Translations under genes and position numbers: made by a program
The notes under the pieces: generated by a model
What the model saw: the letters and a program-made list of their open reading frames with translations, nothing else
Database searches by the model: none
Told to the model about the DNA's origin: nothing
Shown here: in pieces, positions 63,731 to 64,000 of the stretch
How positions within the stretch are numbered: position 1 is the stretch's first letter
Layout: every line of letters starts with the position of its first letter
Assembly (NCBI GenBank): GCA_963756025.1
Contig: CAVWMF010000007.1
Location: forward strand, 102,612-166,611
Source: an uncultured Acidimicrobiaceae bacterium
GTDB taxonomy: Bacteria; Actinomycetota; Acidimicrobiia; Acidimicrobiales; RAAP-2
Length of the DNA: 64,000 nt
Reading direction: 5' to 3'

Positions 63731-64000
63731 CTACGTGGCGAACGGCTCCACGTGCTTCGAATCGAAGTAATCGCGCCACTTCTCGATCTTGCCGGCCTTC
63801 ATTTCGAAGGCGCCCATCACGTACAAATCGTGGAACGCCGTTTCGCCGGGCTTTTGAAAGCGTTCGAGCCGCTCGGCGAGTACGACATCGCCATCGGCGA
63901 CGAGGTGGAGGACCTCAAGGTCGACACGCCACCCGTCGCGATAGCGGCTGAGGGCGTCATACGCCTGGTCGGGGCCGACGCGGGGATGGCTCGGCCACGG
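63731..64000 (-). CDS. SnoaL/NTF2-like protein, limonene-1,2-epoxide-hydrolase-like, 5' end outside the window
   Basis: My own minus-strand translation gives ...DGWRVDLEVLHLVADGDVVLAERLERFQKPGETAFHDLYVMGAFEMKAGKIEKWRDYFDSKHVEPFAT* with stop TAG at 63733..63731. The 'GKI..WRDYFD' ending recalls the LEH family. Confidence 0.6.
   Translation of the reverse strand, partial: PWPSHPRVGPDQAYDALSRYRDGWRVDLEVLHLVADGDVVLAERLERFQKPGETAFHDLYVMGAFEMKAGKIEKWRDYFDSKHVEPFAT

Noticed and set aside
1-64000. rRNA, tRNA, CRISPR arrays, transposases/integrases, prophage or defence-system genes
   Set aside because: The intergenic gaps are short. The largest are ~350 nt at 50017..50368, ~210 nt at 24717..24926 and ~190 nt at 15037..15227. 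None shows a cloverleaf-like or repeat-spacer structure. No ORF translation shows DDE, tyrosine or serine recombinase motifs, or nuclease, ATPase or defence signatures.

Overview
The window is high-GC and very gene-dense. I call about 57 protein-coding features. I found no rRNA, tRNA, CRISPR array, transposase or integrase. It reads as one large paralogue-rich catabolic island, probably from an Actinomycetota-like genome. That guess rests on mycofactocin-type SDRs, an F420-type LLM oxidoreductase, a DinB/mycothiol-type protein and GGAGG-type ribosome-binding sites. The families recur: 7 amidohydrolase-2 (PF04909-like) genes, 3 D-aminoacylase-like amidohydrolases, 6 SDRs, 4 cytochrome P450s plus one small ferredoxin, and 3 luciferase-like (LLM) oxidoreductases. 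There are also 5 family III CoA-transferase loci (4 are tandem two-domain fusions, one of them frame-broken) and 2 thiolase-fold/DUF35 pairs. Single-copy genes include an aldehyde dehydrogenase, an MftD/LldD-like FMN dehydrogenase, 2 cupins (one frame-broken), an epoxide hydrolase, a partial limonene-epoxide-hydrolase-like gene, an MBL-fold hydrolase, a metallophosphoesterase and a gluconolactonase-like protein. Transport and regulation are covered by a branched-chain-type ABC system with fused permease and fused ATPase genes, a distant binding protein, an orphan ATPase, and 2 TetR plus 2 IclR regulators. Genes form long co-directional blocks with frequent ATGA/GTGA start-stop overlaps. The items most worth a second look are listed here. 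(1) An uncharacterised three-gene CxxC cassette at 4885..6829. (2) The recurrent two-domain CoA-transferases, whose N-terminal domains appear to lack the catalytic Asp. (3) CoA-transferase/Cys-less thiolase-fold/DUF35 modules. (4) A block of duplicated mycofactocin-type SDRs and P450s around an orphan MftD-like gene, with no mftABC nearby. (5) Three P450s with a non-canonical I-helix. All family assignments come from reading motifs in the supplied translations and from memory of the families. No database search was run.
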